A stretch of DNA of 40,740 nt from Pedobacter sp. (GCA_050253415.1 JBFWJC010000009.1:1-40740), one strand, 5' to 3'. Positions 1 to 8,862 are shown, counted from the first letter of the stretch. Translations and numbers: made by a program. The notes: generated by a model from the letters alone, not told the origin.

Positions 1-84
1 TGCCGCAGTTCGAGCGGTTGTCCCTGCAACAAACAGTTCTATTAACTTACTTTGCTTGTACCAACTGAGTCTACTTTTTCTCAT
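1..84 (-). CDS. IS1016-like transposase, N-terminus (truncated by window edge)
   Basis: Not in ORF track; ATG at 84 translates MRKSRLSWYKQSKLIELFVAGTTARTAA, matching IS1016 transposase N-termini. Confidence 0.85.
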   Translation of the reverse strand, partial: MRKSRLSWYKQSKLIELFVAGTTARTAA

Positions 85-124
85 TGTGCCATCTTAGATA
101 ATTTTAGTTATCTAGGACAGCCCC
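1..124 (-). mobile_element. IS1595-family (IS1016-like) insertion sequence, one end (runs off window)
   Basis: Minus strand from 124 reads GGGGCTGTCCTAGATAACTA, resembling the IS1016 terminal IR, followed 40 bp later by a transposase start. Confidence 0.85.
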
Positions 125-179
125 TTAATCTTTTATGCTGGTTTAGCATTGCCAACACTTTTTGCAACTAGATTTTCTT

Positions 180-1226
180 TTATCCTTGACTTTGAATATA
201 GTCAAGATATTGATTTCGTTTCTGATATTCCATATTCATCATATATTGCCTCATATATTCAAAATCAGGGCTTCCATCCTCTTTGATGGGGAGCATGACC
301 TTATCCCTTGAAATGCGCTTGTCGTTAATCTCCCTGTTAAAGTTGTATTTATCCGACAATCTGTTCGTTAAAGTCGCTATGAATAGATAAATATAGCGGT
401 CAAAATTATCATTTTGTAAATGGGTTACATGGTCACTTGCGACAAATTTGTACGGGTGATAAAAGCTTGAGCCAACGCTACCACTGTTTGCAATTGTTAT
501 ACAATTTGAAAATATACGAACATCATCTTCATTCCCTATAAAGTTATCTACTCCATTGCTTGATGCTGTTGACGAAACATAAGGATGCATTCCTTCTGTT
601 TGGTTTGCTTTAGTGAGGCGCTTACCACGCTGAACAAATTTAAAAATGTCTTTTAAAAAAAACTCATGCCATTCTTTATCCTCAAATGGCACAATCTTTT
701 TAGGCTTTAGTTTTTCCAACTCTTTACGGCAAAAATCAATGTACTTAGCCTTTTTCTTCTCCATTAAGGCTTTTGTATAGCTTTCCATTAATTGCCAGTT
801 TGGTTTGTTTTCATTCAACGATGGGAGCATGATTTTTTGGCGTTTAAGCCTACCAGTTCCCATTTTGTAACCGTAACTGTACTTTTGGCGTTGCGAGGTT
901 ATTTGGTTAGATAAGAAAAAAGCAACATAATCAGACTTCACTTTAGGTCGAAGCTTTCGACAATCGTTAGAATAAAGCCCTTGATAAGGATGATAAAATG
1001 AATAGCCTACTGAGCCGTTTCGATTAACTGAAAGACAATTACGCTCCAAAGTATTATTATTGTTACCAACAAAATGACCAATCCCATTATTTTTAGCTGT
1101 GGAGGAAATATAAGGAACTTTCCCCTGAAATCTTTCTGCATCATAAATATCTCTACCAGAAATGATTTCTGCAATATCTTCAATAAAAAACTCATGCCAT
1201 TCAGCATCCGCAAGATTCACCGACAT
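180..1226 (-). CDS. Restriction-modification specificity subunit (BcgI beta/HsdS-like, two TRD repeats)
   Basis: Two repeated units beginning EWHEFF, each with PYxSSTA..NG, GSVG.SFYHPY; GGAGG RBS before ATG 1226; directly downstream of MTase-endonuclease. Confidence 0.88.
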   Translation of the reverse strand: MSVNLADAEWHEFFIEDIAEIISGRDIYDAERFQGKVPYISSTAKNNGIGHFVGNNNNTLERNCLSVNRNGSVGYSFYHPYQGLYSNDCRKLRPKVKSDYVAFFLSNQITSQRQKYSYGYKMGTGRLKRQKIMLPSLNENKPNWQLMESYTKALMEKKKAKYIDFCRKELEKLKPKKIVPFEDKEWHEFFLKDIFKFVQRGKRLTKANQTEGMHPYVSSTASSNGVDNFIGNEDDVRIFSNCITIANSGSVGSSFYHPYKFVASDHVTHLQNDNFDRYIYLFIATLTNRLSDKYNFNREINDKRISRDKVMLPIKEDGSPDFEYMRQYMMNMEYQKRNQYLDYIQSQG

Positions 1227-1227
1227 A

Positions 1228-3144
1228 TCAAACCTCCTTTGGATCATCTGATTCAAAAAGATATTCTCGGTTTTGCATAATCATCGAAAACTCAAATGTC
1301 AGGTAATCGCCGATAGTTTTTTCAAAGTCAGCATCACTTGGCAGTTCGTCATTGAAGTAATAAAAGCTATGAAGCCATTCATCATCGGCTTCAACTGTTG
1401 TTTTTACACAGAACTTACTTTCCGCTTCGATACGGTCAAACCACACATCTAAAAGGTGCTGTTTTCTATCTTTAGCCTGTTCTGTTTCAATTAATCCAAC
1501 ATGAGGACTTACTTTAAAGCCATCTTCTCTAAAATCAATGAACTTACATTCCTTGTCTTCTGGATGTGGCTCACCAGCCGTAAAAATGGCAATACATGGA
1601 ATGGTTCCTACGCCATAAAAGGTGTCCTTGTTAAGCGAGATGACGCCTTCTAGTGTGTGGTTTTTAAGGATGTTCGCCTTTATTGCTTTTTCTTCCTTTG
1701 ACTTCCCTGTTAAAGAGGATTGCGGAATAATCACAATTGCCCGACCACCTTCTACTAATGAATCTAGCAAGTGCTCTGTAAAAGCAATCTCATATAAATC
1801 TGGATTTTTCTTTGAGCCTTGTGAATATGGCGGATTCATCATCCCAACAGTTGCCCCTTTTAATTGGAGCTTGTTTGAGTCTTCGTTTAGAAAATTGTGA
1901 TTAATTAGATTGCTTTTTCCATCGCCTCGCAAAATCATATTGGTTGTGGCAATGGTGAACATGTAGGGTTGCAACTCAAAACCATGTAATTGTTTCTGAC
2001 GGATGTTTTTCTTGGTATTTTCATTATCTGTTTGTGCAAGCATATGGTGCATAGCGGCTATTAAAAATCCTGCTGTTCCCGCACAAGGGTCAATTACCGT
2101 GTCATCTGGCTTAATATCAACTAAATCACAGAATAGATCGGTAATATGCTTAGGTGTCAATACAATTCCAAGGGTCTGTCCATCACCGCCAGAATAGGAC
2201 ATAAACTCGCCATAAAAGCGCCCTAAATAGTCTTCAGAAGAGCTTGTGTATTTGATGCTTTTGTAAATTTTGTCATGCAAAAATTCAGAGAAATGCTTAA
2301 GAGGGGTTTTGTTCAGAGTAGTGCTTATCTCATTTAAGATTTGTGTATCTTTAATAATCGAAAACTGGCTAAGAATCTTATCCCTTTTGACATCTGGAGC
2401 TACTTTTGAACGCTTAAGGTTTTTTTCGATAGCGCTATATATTTTGTCGCCATCTGTATCAATCTCATCTCCAGTTAAGTGATTGACATCAAAACCACCG
2501 AATTCAGCCTCTCTAAGGGCTAATAAAATACCCGAAACAATTAGTGGTTTATCAATATCTTTTAGATTTCCGTAATTCCTTAAATCTTCGTGCAGTTCTG
2601 AAGCATCACGTAAGATTTCAGCGAGTTCTTTTTCTTGGTCGGTATCCTCTTGCAGAACTTCTCTTGTATAGTATTCAATAATGTTATTTTCATTGAATGA
2701 GATGAAAGACTCTACCTCTGGTAGCTCACGGTAATACTCTGTTTCATCAATAAAGTATGGGCTAATTTTGTGTTTCTTTTCATCGCCAGAAATACCAAAG
2801 GCGATAACTTTCTTGTAAGACGTGTTTTGAGCTAAATGCTGGCCATAAAAAAGAGCGCCGTTAACAGCAAAATCCTTAACATCCTTAACCGTTCCGCTAA
2901 TCAAGCCTTTTGAATCAAGCTTTACGTGTTTAGCAACATCAGCTTTATTCTCTATAACAAGAATAAAATCTTTCACAACGCCAACAAATTCAGGAAAACC
3001 TACTTTTCCAGAGCCACTTTTGGAAGCTGTTTTTAAGGCATTATCAATTTCAAGAATAGTGCTACCTTGTGGTTCAAGTTCAATGCTTGCTTCTTTTAGT
3101 AAGCCATGAACCCATAAATCTGTTTTTGCTTCTTTCTTCGCCAT
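1228..3144 (-). CDS. Type IIB (BcgI alpha-like) fused endonuclease / N6-adenine methyltransferase
   Basis: 638 aa; PE..ENK nuclease motif, DPCAGTAGFL (motif I), NPPY (motif IV); KTASKSGSG and HEDLRNYG segments and size resemble BcgIA. Confidence 0.88.
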   Translation of the reverse strand: MAKKEAKTDLWVHGLLKEASIELEPQGSTILEIDNALKTASKSGSGKVGFPEFVGVVKDFILVIENKADVAKHVKLDSKGLISGTVKDVKDFAVNGALFYGQHLAQNTSYKKVIAFGISGDEKKHKISPYFIDETEYYRELPEVESFISFNENNIIEYYTREVLQEDTDQEKELAEILRDASELHEDLRNYGNLKDIDKPLIVSGILLALREAEFGGFDVNHLTGDEIDTDGDKIYSAIEKNLKRSKVAPDVKRDKILSQFSIIKDTQILNEISTTLNKTPLKHFSEFLHDKIYKSIKYTSSSEDYLGRFYGEFMSYSGGDGQTLGIVLTPKHITDLFCDLVDIKPDDTVIDPCAGTAGFLIAAMHHMLAQTDNENTKKNIRQKQLHGFELQPYMFTIATTNMILRGDGKSNLINHNFLNEDSNKLQLKGATVGMMNPPYSQGSKKNPDLYEIAFTEHLLDSLVEGGRAIVIIPQSSLTGKSKEEKAIKANILKNHTLEGVISLNKDTFYGVGTIPCIAIFTAGEPHPEDKECKFIDFREDGFKVSPHVGLIETEQAKDRKQHLLDVWFDRIEAESKFCVKTTVEADDEWLHSFYYFNDELPSDADFEKTIGDYLTFEFSMIMQNREYLFESDDPKEV

Positions 3145-3261
3145 TTTTATTTTCCATTACCTTGTATAAAGCGAAGTATATCATAAGCCTTTTCACTGAC
3201 TATTTTTCTCAAAAACGTTTTATTTCAGGTCATAAAAACATGTTGCTCTGTTAATGGCATT

Positions 3262-5271
3262 CTACAATTTAACTTTATCCGTAGACACCAACCAGGGATT
3301 TTTCTCTTTAAGATTAAACCCGAGTTTTGTGTCCGGATTCGGTATCAATAGTCCCTTGATTTTTTTTCGTTGATTTCGGCCACTGGCCGACACGATATCA
3401 TATTCAAAAATATTTTGGCCAGTCTGTGTCTTTAGGTTGATCTTCTTTTTTTGCAACTCTCGCTGTGACCGGTCCCACTTGATACCGGTATCGCGCTCAC
3501 AGGCCCGGAAGATGGCAGGGGAGACCAAAAACAGTCCTTCTTCGACACGGTGGACCATGTTCGCTGGCTGGTTGGCCGGTATCTTTCCTTCCTTCAAGCC
3601 TGTAATGAGCCACTTTATAAAGAGAGCACCAGCCGAGTCAGGATCATCGAACACGACCGGTGCCTCTGCGTTCTCAATAACAAAGGCATTGTGTTTTGCC
3701 ACCTCACTTGATTTGGCTGTCGATGCTTTATGGTATATCTCGGCCATAATCTTTTTGTGTTCGTCCTCAGAAGTGTCCGATTCAGCCTCTGGTGGTGCAT
3801 TTACTTCTGAATAGGTATCAGTCTCAACCGGTGCATCAGTGTCTTCATAGTCGTATTCAGTATCGATACTGTCATCAAAACCGGACAAATCTTCATCCGG
3901 AACAGGTTCGCCAACGCCTGGACCAATCAGCTCATCGAGCGGGCCGATCTCGTCCTCGATTGCAACTTCGGTTTCTGGTTTGGGAGGGCTGGTCGGTGAG
4001 TGGTCAGTATCTTTAGGCTCCGTACTGACTTTCTTTTCGGGTAATGATTTTGCTTCAGGCTTGGTTTTAACTGGTTCTGGATCAGTAGTTTTTGGAGCAT
4101 CTTTTTTCGGTTTAGGCTTATCCTTGATCGGGTCACCATTCACGTCGACCAATTCGACGGATAAGCTTTCGACCGGTGTCGGTCTATTTTCAATGTCAGG
4201 CCAAATCTTAGCTGCTGGGACTTTGAGCATTGAAAGATTTGAGTTCCATTCATCCAACGTAACTTTGACTTTCCAAATGGCCTTGTCGTCATTCGGAACA
4301 ATCACCTCAAACTGCTGTAGTTCATCCATCATCCGGACATTATCGTTTGGTACCGATTGGCCTTCCGACCGCATACGCTCTTTGATTACATCGAGGGTTC
4401 GCTTAGATGCAAAATACGCCCAATCTCCGTCGACAAACCCTGCTGCACCTTTGCGGTTGACAGGAAGGGCGTTTTCCTTCACAAGAGTGCGCCACGCGCG
4501 AAGAATTCGCTCTGAAAGCGGTAGCTGGGCTGGCTTCGCATTAATTGATTGAATGTTGCCGCCCAGGTTGGCCACGACGGATGCTTGGTCTGCTTTCTGA
4601 ACGATCGGACTGATGACAGATTCCGCATAGTCTCCGACCATGAAATGGATTAACGCCCCGAAAGCTTCTTCATCCTGCATAATCCATTTCATGGTACTGG
4701 GCGATAAAAACTCATGAAGAACAAACGCGGGCAGCCGTTCGTGAAATTTATGTTTTCGGTTGGGATTAAACTTAATCTGATAATTTTCCGGCGGCTGGCC
4801 GGGCGACATTAAATGCCATTGTCTTCCTGTACTTGGATCCACTTGTCGGATATCGGTTACGATTTTGCCGGAGTCATGCAACAGAGCAGAAATATAAACA
4901 ACGTATGTCCACACGTCCTTTCTTTGCTCGATCTCTTCTGGCGTTACGCCGGGAGGTAGGATGACTCCACGGCGTAACCGCAACGCATTGATGACAATCT
5001 CGATCGTGTGCTGCAACATGCCGCCACGAGTCGAGTGGTGATGTGCTTCAGATGCCGGTACCTGCTGCATGTACTCGGCGTACTTTTGCAGCGGCTCCAG
5101 GTATAGGTGGTCAAAATGATTTTTTGAAAGCCCGGCCAGCTCGTAAATTTCCCGGAGTGCGGATTCGTAAGGACATAGCAGCTTATCGTGCGACAGTCGA
5201 GCGAAAGTGTTTTTGCTTTGTTGCTTCGGCTCGCTCTGCTTGCCGAAGATATTTTTAAGGATTGACAGCAT
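3262..5271 (-). CDS. traI: MOBH-family relaxase (TraI_2, TIGR03760-like)
   Basis: PASEAHHHS..GG.L.H and ALLHDSGK (HD) motifs; C-terminal N...MVHRVEEGLFLVSPAIF domain; start taken at ATG 5271 (MLSILKNIFG). Confidence 0.92.
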   Translation of the reverse strand: MLSILKNIFGKQSEPKQQSKNTFARLSHDKLLCPYESALREIYELAGLSKNHFDHLYLEPLQKYAEYMQQVPASEAHHHSTRGGMLQHTIEIVINALRLRRGVILPPGVTPEEIEQRKDVWTYVVYISALLHDSGKIVTDIRQVDPSTGRQWHLMSPGQPPENYQIKFNPNRKHKFHERLPAFVLHEFLSPSTMKWIMQDEEAFGALIHFMVGDYAESVISPIVQKADQASVVANLGGNIQSINAKPAQLPLSERILRAWRTLVKENALPVNRKGAAGFVDGDWAYFASKRTLDVIKERMRSEGQSVPNDNVRMMDELQQFEVIVPNDDKAIWKVKVTLDEWNSNLSMLKVPAAKIWPDIENRPTPVESLSVELVDVNGDPIKDKPKPKKDAPKTTDPEPVKTKPEAKSLPEKKVSTEPKDTDHSPTSPPKPETEVAIEDEIGPLDELIGPGVGEPVPDEDLSGFDDSIDTEYDYEDTDAPVETDTYSEVNAPPEAESDTSEDEHKKIMAEIYHKASTAKSSEVAKHNAFVIENAEAPVVFDDPDSAGALFIKWLITGLKEGKIPANQPANMVHRVEEGLFLVSPAIFRACERDTGIKWDRSQRELQKKKINLKTQTGQNIFEYDIVSASGRNQRKKIKGLLIPNPDTKLGFNLKEKNPWLVSTDKVKL

Positions 5272-5278
5272 CGGCAAC

Positions 5279-5653
5279 TCACTTAAAAAAGCCGTCAAGC
5301 CATTGCTTGACTTGGTATAGATCAGGTGTGGAGAATTGTGCCTGGTAGACACTCACTTTGTTGTGATTGCGTGACCAGGTGTCGAATCGCTCTTCGAGCG
5401 GATTCCATTTTGCTTTCGGTGAGCGGGCGTAGGCGCGGATTTCGAACAGGCCTGTTTCGATTAATCGTTCGGCCAAGTTGGCTGTTAACCCTATCCCGCT
5501 TGTTGGATCTGGATTAGACCAATCCAGGCCGTCCAAATCTTCCAAGCCAGGCATCTTGATTTCGACGTAAGCATCAAGCCCGGTAAACCGTGATGCCAAC
5601 AACTCAAGTGCAGCCTTAGCGGCAGAACAATTACTCGCTTCAATCGGCGTCAC
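5279..5653 (-). CDS. Hypothetical protein upstream of relaxase
   Basis: ORF 5279..5674; likely GTG start at 5653 overlapping upstream stop (GTGA); ends 8 bp before relaxase start. Confidence 0.6.
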   Translation of the reverse strand: MTPIEASNCSAAKAALELLASRFTGLDAYVEIKMPGLEDLDGLDWSNPDPTSGIGLTANLAERLIETGLFEIRAYARSPKAKWNPLEERFDTWSRNHNKVSVYQAQFSTPDLYQVKQWLDGFFK

Positions 5654-5994
5654 AGAACATCCTCTCTTTCGCACTGAAATTTATTTGTTTGGGATAGCCA
5701 TATCCATTGCTGATCAGTCGCGGCACATGCCACCTTAAAATCTTCAGCCTTGGGTGTTACTCGATTGCGGGATTCTAGTTCGCGGATTCGGCCAATGCCG
5801 ATATTGATTTGGTCAGTATTGAGCCCGCTTAGATAAAAACCAAACTGGTCAATCGCATTCTCGCCAGAGGTGATTATGGCGTAGTATTCGGACGGCCCAA
5901 ATTCATAGAGTTCGTCCAAGAAATCAATCACACGGTGGACGTGGCCAGAAAACGGAACTGGCCCGTCATCATTCAAATTTTGTGCTGTATTCAT
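5650..5994 (-). CDS. Hypothetical protein, first gene of relaxase operon
   Basis: 114 aa ORF downstream of the conserved 27-bp box at 6087. Confidence 0.65.
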   Translation of the reverse strand: MNTAQNLNDDGPVPFSGHVHRVIDFLDELYEFGPSEYYAIITSGENAIDQFGFYLSGLNTDQINIGIGRIRELESRNRVTPKAEDFKVACAATDQQWIWLSQTNKFQCEREDVL

Positions 5995-6086
5995 TTTAAC
6001 AATGCTTCCAATATTATTGGCTCTGGAACATTGGCCATTCGGCCTTTGGAAGCATTATTGCAAAAAGAGGATTAAGATTTCTTGGT

Positions 6087-6113
6087 TAGGAATGACAAGC
6101 GGGTGTGATTTGA
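6087..6113 (-). promoter_or_regulatory. Conserved 27-bp putative transfer-activator box, copy 1
   Basis: TAGGAATGACAAGCGGGTGTGATTTGA (+ strand); TGC-AATAAT -10-like element 27 bp downstream on minus strand. Confidence 0.75.
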
Positions 6114-6282
6114 ATAATTAAGTGGTTTCGGTAGCGCTTTTCTTCATTTTTAAGATAGACCTTAAAAAGTCATCTTCTTGTACATACACCTGGCCAGGCT
6201 TGGGTGGCGTATCCCTGCCTGTATCCTGTTATTTTGAATTTTGTTACAATAATTATCCGTAACTTCCGGAAGAAATTGTCAC

Positions 6283-7632
6283 ATGCCTATTTTCGCTTTA
6301 ATTGATGGTAACAGCTTTTATGCGTCCTGTCAGATAGCCTTTGAACCAGCTCTACGTCATCGACCGGTCGTTGTTTTATCGAACAACGATGGCTGCATCG
6401 TTGCAGCCAATGCAATCGCCAAATCGTTGAACCAAGAATTAATGGCCAAAGTTAAAAATTTGGGGCAGGGAGGGTATCGTTCGGCCAATCCGACCAATAT
6501 GATGTTCCAACCATATTTCAAAGTGAAATGGTTGCTGGACAAACACCGGGCGGCGGTGTTCAGTTCGAACTATGAACTCTACGCGGATATGTCGTCCAGG
6601 ATGCACAGCATCATAGGGGAGTTTGCTCCAAACCAAGAGGTCTACTCGATCGATGAAAGTTTCATCGATCTAACCGGGCTGTCTCATTTGAATTTGACGC
6701 ATTATGGCCAAGAGATAAAACAGTCTGTTTTACGATCGCTTGGCTTGCCGGTCGCGGTTGGAATTGGCCCATCCAAGACCTTGGCCAAGCTTGCCAACCA
6801 TCTGGCCAAAAAACACGCTGGCTATGACGGCGTGTTGGATTTGACAGCGCTTCCGGAGTCGGTAGTCGACTCTTTGCTGGGTCACGTCGACGTGGGCGAC
6901 ATTTGGGGTATAGGACGGCGGCTTTCAAGCCGACTGAATGCAGAGGGCATACAATCGGCCTTCGACTTGAAGCATGCCAATACCAAACGGATCCGGAAAA
7001 CATACGGCGTTGTTGTCGAGCGCACCGTCCAGGAGCTTAATGGTATTTCATGTTTGAGCCTCGAAGAGGTGTACGCAGACAAGAAGCAAATCATTTCATC
7101 CCGATCGTTTGGAAAGCCGGTTGCAGATTATCTCCAGCTTGAACAAGCAGTGATATCGTATGTCAGCCGGGCCGCTGAAAAATTACGTCGACAGAAAGGG
7201 GTGTGCTCGATGGTTTCGGTTCACATTACAACGAATCGGTTTAAGCCCGGCCACTATACCAACACCCGAACCATCCCTTTGATTTATCCATCGGACAATT
7301 CCATCTTGTTGGCCAAGCATGCCAGGCGAGCATTGAAATCGATTTGGGTACCAGGCCTGGCTTATCATAAGGCTGGTGTAGTCTTATCGGAAATCATGCC
7401 TAAAGGCCCACTTCAGGAGGACATATTTGCGCCAGGCCCGACCTTCTCCGGAAACCCGAAACAAGATAGACTTATGAGTGTTTTGGACCAGGTCAATCAA
7501 AAGGAAGGGCGGGGCAGTTTGTTCTTGGCGTCGACGGGGATTCCAAAGAAAAACACCTGGTCGATGCAGCGGAACTTAATGTCACCGCGCTACACGACCA
7601 GGTGGGATGAGATGCTGAGGGTTGGGGGCTAG
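6283..7632 (+). CDS. umuC: Y-family DNA polymerase V catalytic subunit (UmuC/RumB-like)
   Basis: LIDGNSFYASC, VVVLSNNDGC, SSNYELYADMS, YSIDES, C-terminal W.MQRNLMSPRYTTRW. Confidence 0.95.
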   Translation: MPIFALIDGNSFYASCQIAFEPALRHRPVVVLSNNDGCIVAANAIAKSLNQELMAKVKNLGQGGYRSANPTNMMFQPYFKVKWLLDKHRAAVFSSNYELYADMSSRMHSIIGEFAPNQEVYSIDESFIDLTGLSHLNLTHYGQEIKQSVLRSLGLPVAVGIGPSKTLAKLANHLAKKHAGYDGVLDLTALPESVVDSLLGHVDVGDIWGIGRRLSSRLNAEGIQSAFDLKHANTKRIRKTYGVVVERTVQELNGISCLSLEEVYADKKQIISSRSFGKPVADYLQLEQAVISYVSRAAEKLRRQKGVCSMVSVHITTNRFKPGHYTNTRTIPLIYPSDNSILLAKHARRALKSIWVPGLAYHKAGVVLSEIMPKGPLQEDIFAPGPTFSGNPKQDRLMSVLDQVNQKEGRGSLFLASTGIPKKNTWSMQRNLMSPRYTTRWDEMLRVGG

Positions 7633-7643
7633 ATACTCATATT

Positions 7644-8333
7644 CTATTTTTTGGGTTTTTTGGGTTTTGGCCAACCAGAAGTTAAACCATCAATGTGTTC
7701 ATAAAGATCTGGGTTTATGTGGTTCCACATAGCATCCAATACAAAATCGATACCTTCACGCCTAGCCAATTTAGCTGCTGGAACAAAATCACTATCACCG
7801 GCAACCAAGATTATTTGGTCAACTCGCTCCTTTAAAGCTAAAGCAGCAATATCTGTCCCAATCATCATATCAACACCTTTTTGCTTAACTTCAAGCCGAA
7901 CATCGTTCTCTGACAAGTCTTCGATGGTTATAGTTCGGTTAAGCAGTGCTTTAGACACATCAGGCTTTATTACCCACTCTTTTCCACCCTCAAGACGTCC
8001 AAGTCGCAGAGCCACTTTTCTCTGCTTACGCAACTCCTGATGGAGTTCATTTCTAAAAATAGCAGAATCGGTATCTTTTAGAGATATACCTTTCTTAGTT
8101 ACTGGGTTCTGTACTCGCTTATCAAGCGGAATGCAATCATAAAAAATGATTCGATAGATGGATTTGTGATTAACGTTTTTTCCATTCGTTTTATTGACTT
8201 GTCTGACAGCTTGTAAACTAGCGGCAACAATCTTTCGCGCCATTTCAACCGGCGCAAGGAGCGCACCATAAAGAGAATTATAACGCTTTACCAAATAAGC
8301 CCCATCAATAAGAATGACAACCTTGTTATCCAT
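7644..8333 (-). CDS. NYN-domain (LabA/DUF88, PIN-fold) ribonuclease
   Basis: ILIDGAY, IIFYDC, QKGVDMMIGTD, LVAGDSDFVPAAKLARREG; GGAGA RBS before ATG 8333. Confidence 0.92.
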   Translation of the reverse strand: MDNKVVILIDGAYLVKRYNSLYGALLAPVEMARKIVAASLQAVRQVNKTNGKNVNHKSIYRIIFYDCIPLDKRVQNPVTKKGISLKDTDSAIFRNELHQELRKQRKVALRLGRLEGGKEWVIKPDVSKALLNRTITIEDLSENDVRLEVKQKGVDMMIGTDIAALALKERVDQIILVAGDSDFVPAAKLARREGIDFVLDAMWNHINPDLYEHIDGLTSGWPKPKKPKK

Positions 8334-8349
8334 TAAATCATCTCCCAGA

Positions 8350-8418
8350 AACAAAAAAGCCCCAGATTTCGGCAGCCAATTATTGCTTAGGCTAGCTACT
8401 CTCTGAGGCACTATGGTG
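8350..8418 (-). ncRNA. Putative structured small RNA / attenuator upstream of NYN gene
   Basis: Nested stems GCCUCAGA/UCUGGGGC and GUAGCUA/UGGCUGC followed by U6, between promoter and RBS. Confidence 0.55.
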
Positions 8419-8421
8419 GCA

Positions 8422-8450
8422 AGAATATAAAATATTTTTACATTTGTCAA
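8422..8450 (-). promoter_or_regulatory. Sigma70 promoter for sRNA-NYN unit
   Basis: TTGACA-N17-TATTCT. Confidence 0.75.
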
Positions 8451-8476
8451 ATTCGAACCAGCAAGAAATGGAGAAA

Positions 8477-8815
8477 CACACTTTAAGTGTGATTCGGTTC
8501 AGCCCTTAAAGACGCACGGCCAGCCAGGGCCGGGCGTCGCCCGTAGCCCTTAAGCTGCCCACCATGTTGGGGCAGGCCCTTACGGATAAGGCCTTTCCCC
8601 GTAAGGCCTCCCGTCCAGTATTTCCTTTCCTTTGAACCATTCCCGTTTTCCCTTCCCTTGGTGGCCGCCCACGGCCACCGGCCATTACGCCCTTATCCAA
8701 ATCGCAGCGAGTTGTCATTCCTAATCGAGTTTTGGGGCAACTTGATGATGTTAAATGGATCTGAAATTATCCACAAATTCTGTGAACAACTCTTTCTAAG
8801 TTGGGGCAGGCCATG
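8477..8815. other. Non-coding hairpin/repeat cluster, candidate oriT and/or oriV
   Basis: IRs at 8477-8491, 8555-8575, 8578-8606, 8660-8679; pyrimidine tract; 13-bp direct repeat GTTGGGGCAGGCC (8566, 8800); DnaA box TTATCCACA 8767-8775. Confidence 0.5.
8697..8723 (+). promoter_or_regulatory. Conserved 27-bp putative transfer-activator box, copy 2 (opposite orientation)
   Basis: CCAAATCGCAGCGAGTTGTCATTCCTA, reverse complement of the motif; faces the + strand ORFs at 8863. Confidence 0.7.
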
Positions 8816-8862
8816 TGGTAATTCACTGATTATTCTTTATCTTTTACAGGAGTGATTAAAAA

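Noticed and set aside
655..1203. Direct repeat AAAAAACTCATGCCATTC in the S subunit gene
   Set aside because: Encodes the EWHEFF conserved repeat expected from the duplicated architecture of specificity subunits
6120..6282. LexA box or umuD remnant upstream of umuC
   Set aside because: CTGTATCC half-site lacks the matching ACAG; no S24 peptidase-like frame seen
8506..8855. ORFs 8506..8718 (-) and 8658..8855 (+)
   Set aside because: No RBS or recognisable protein features; overlap the hairpin and DnaA-box cluster
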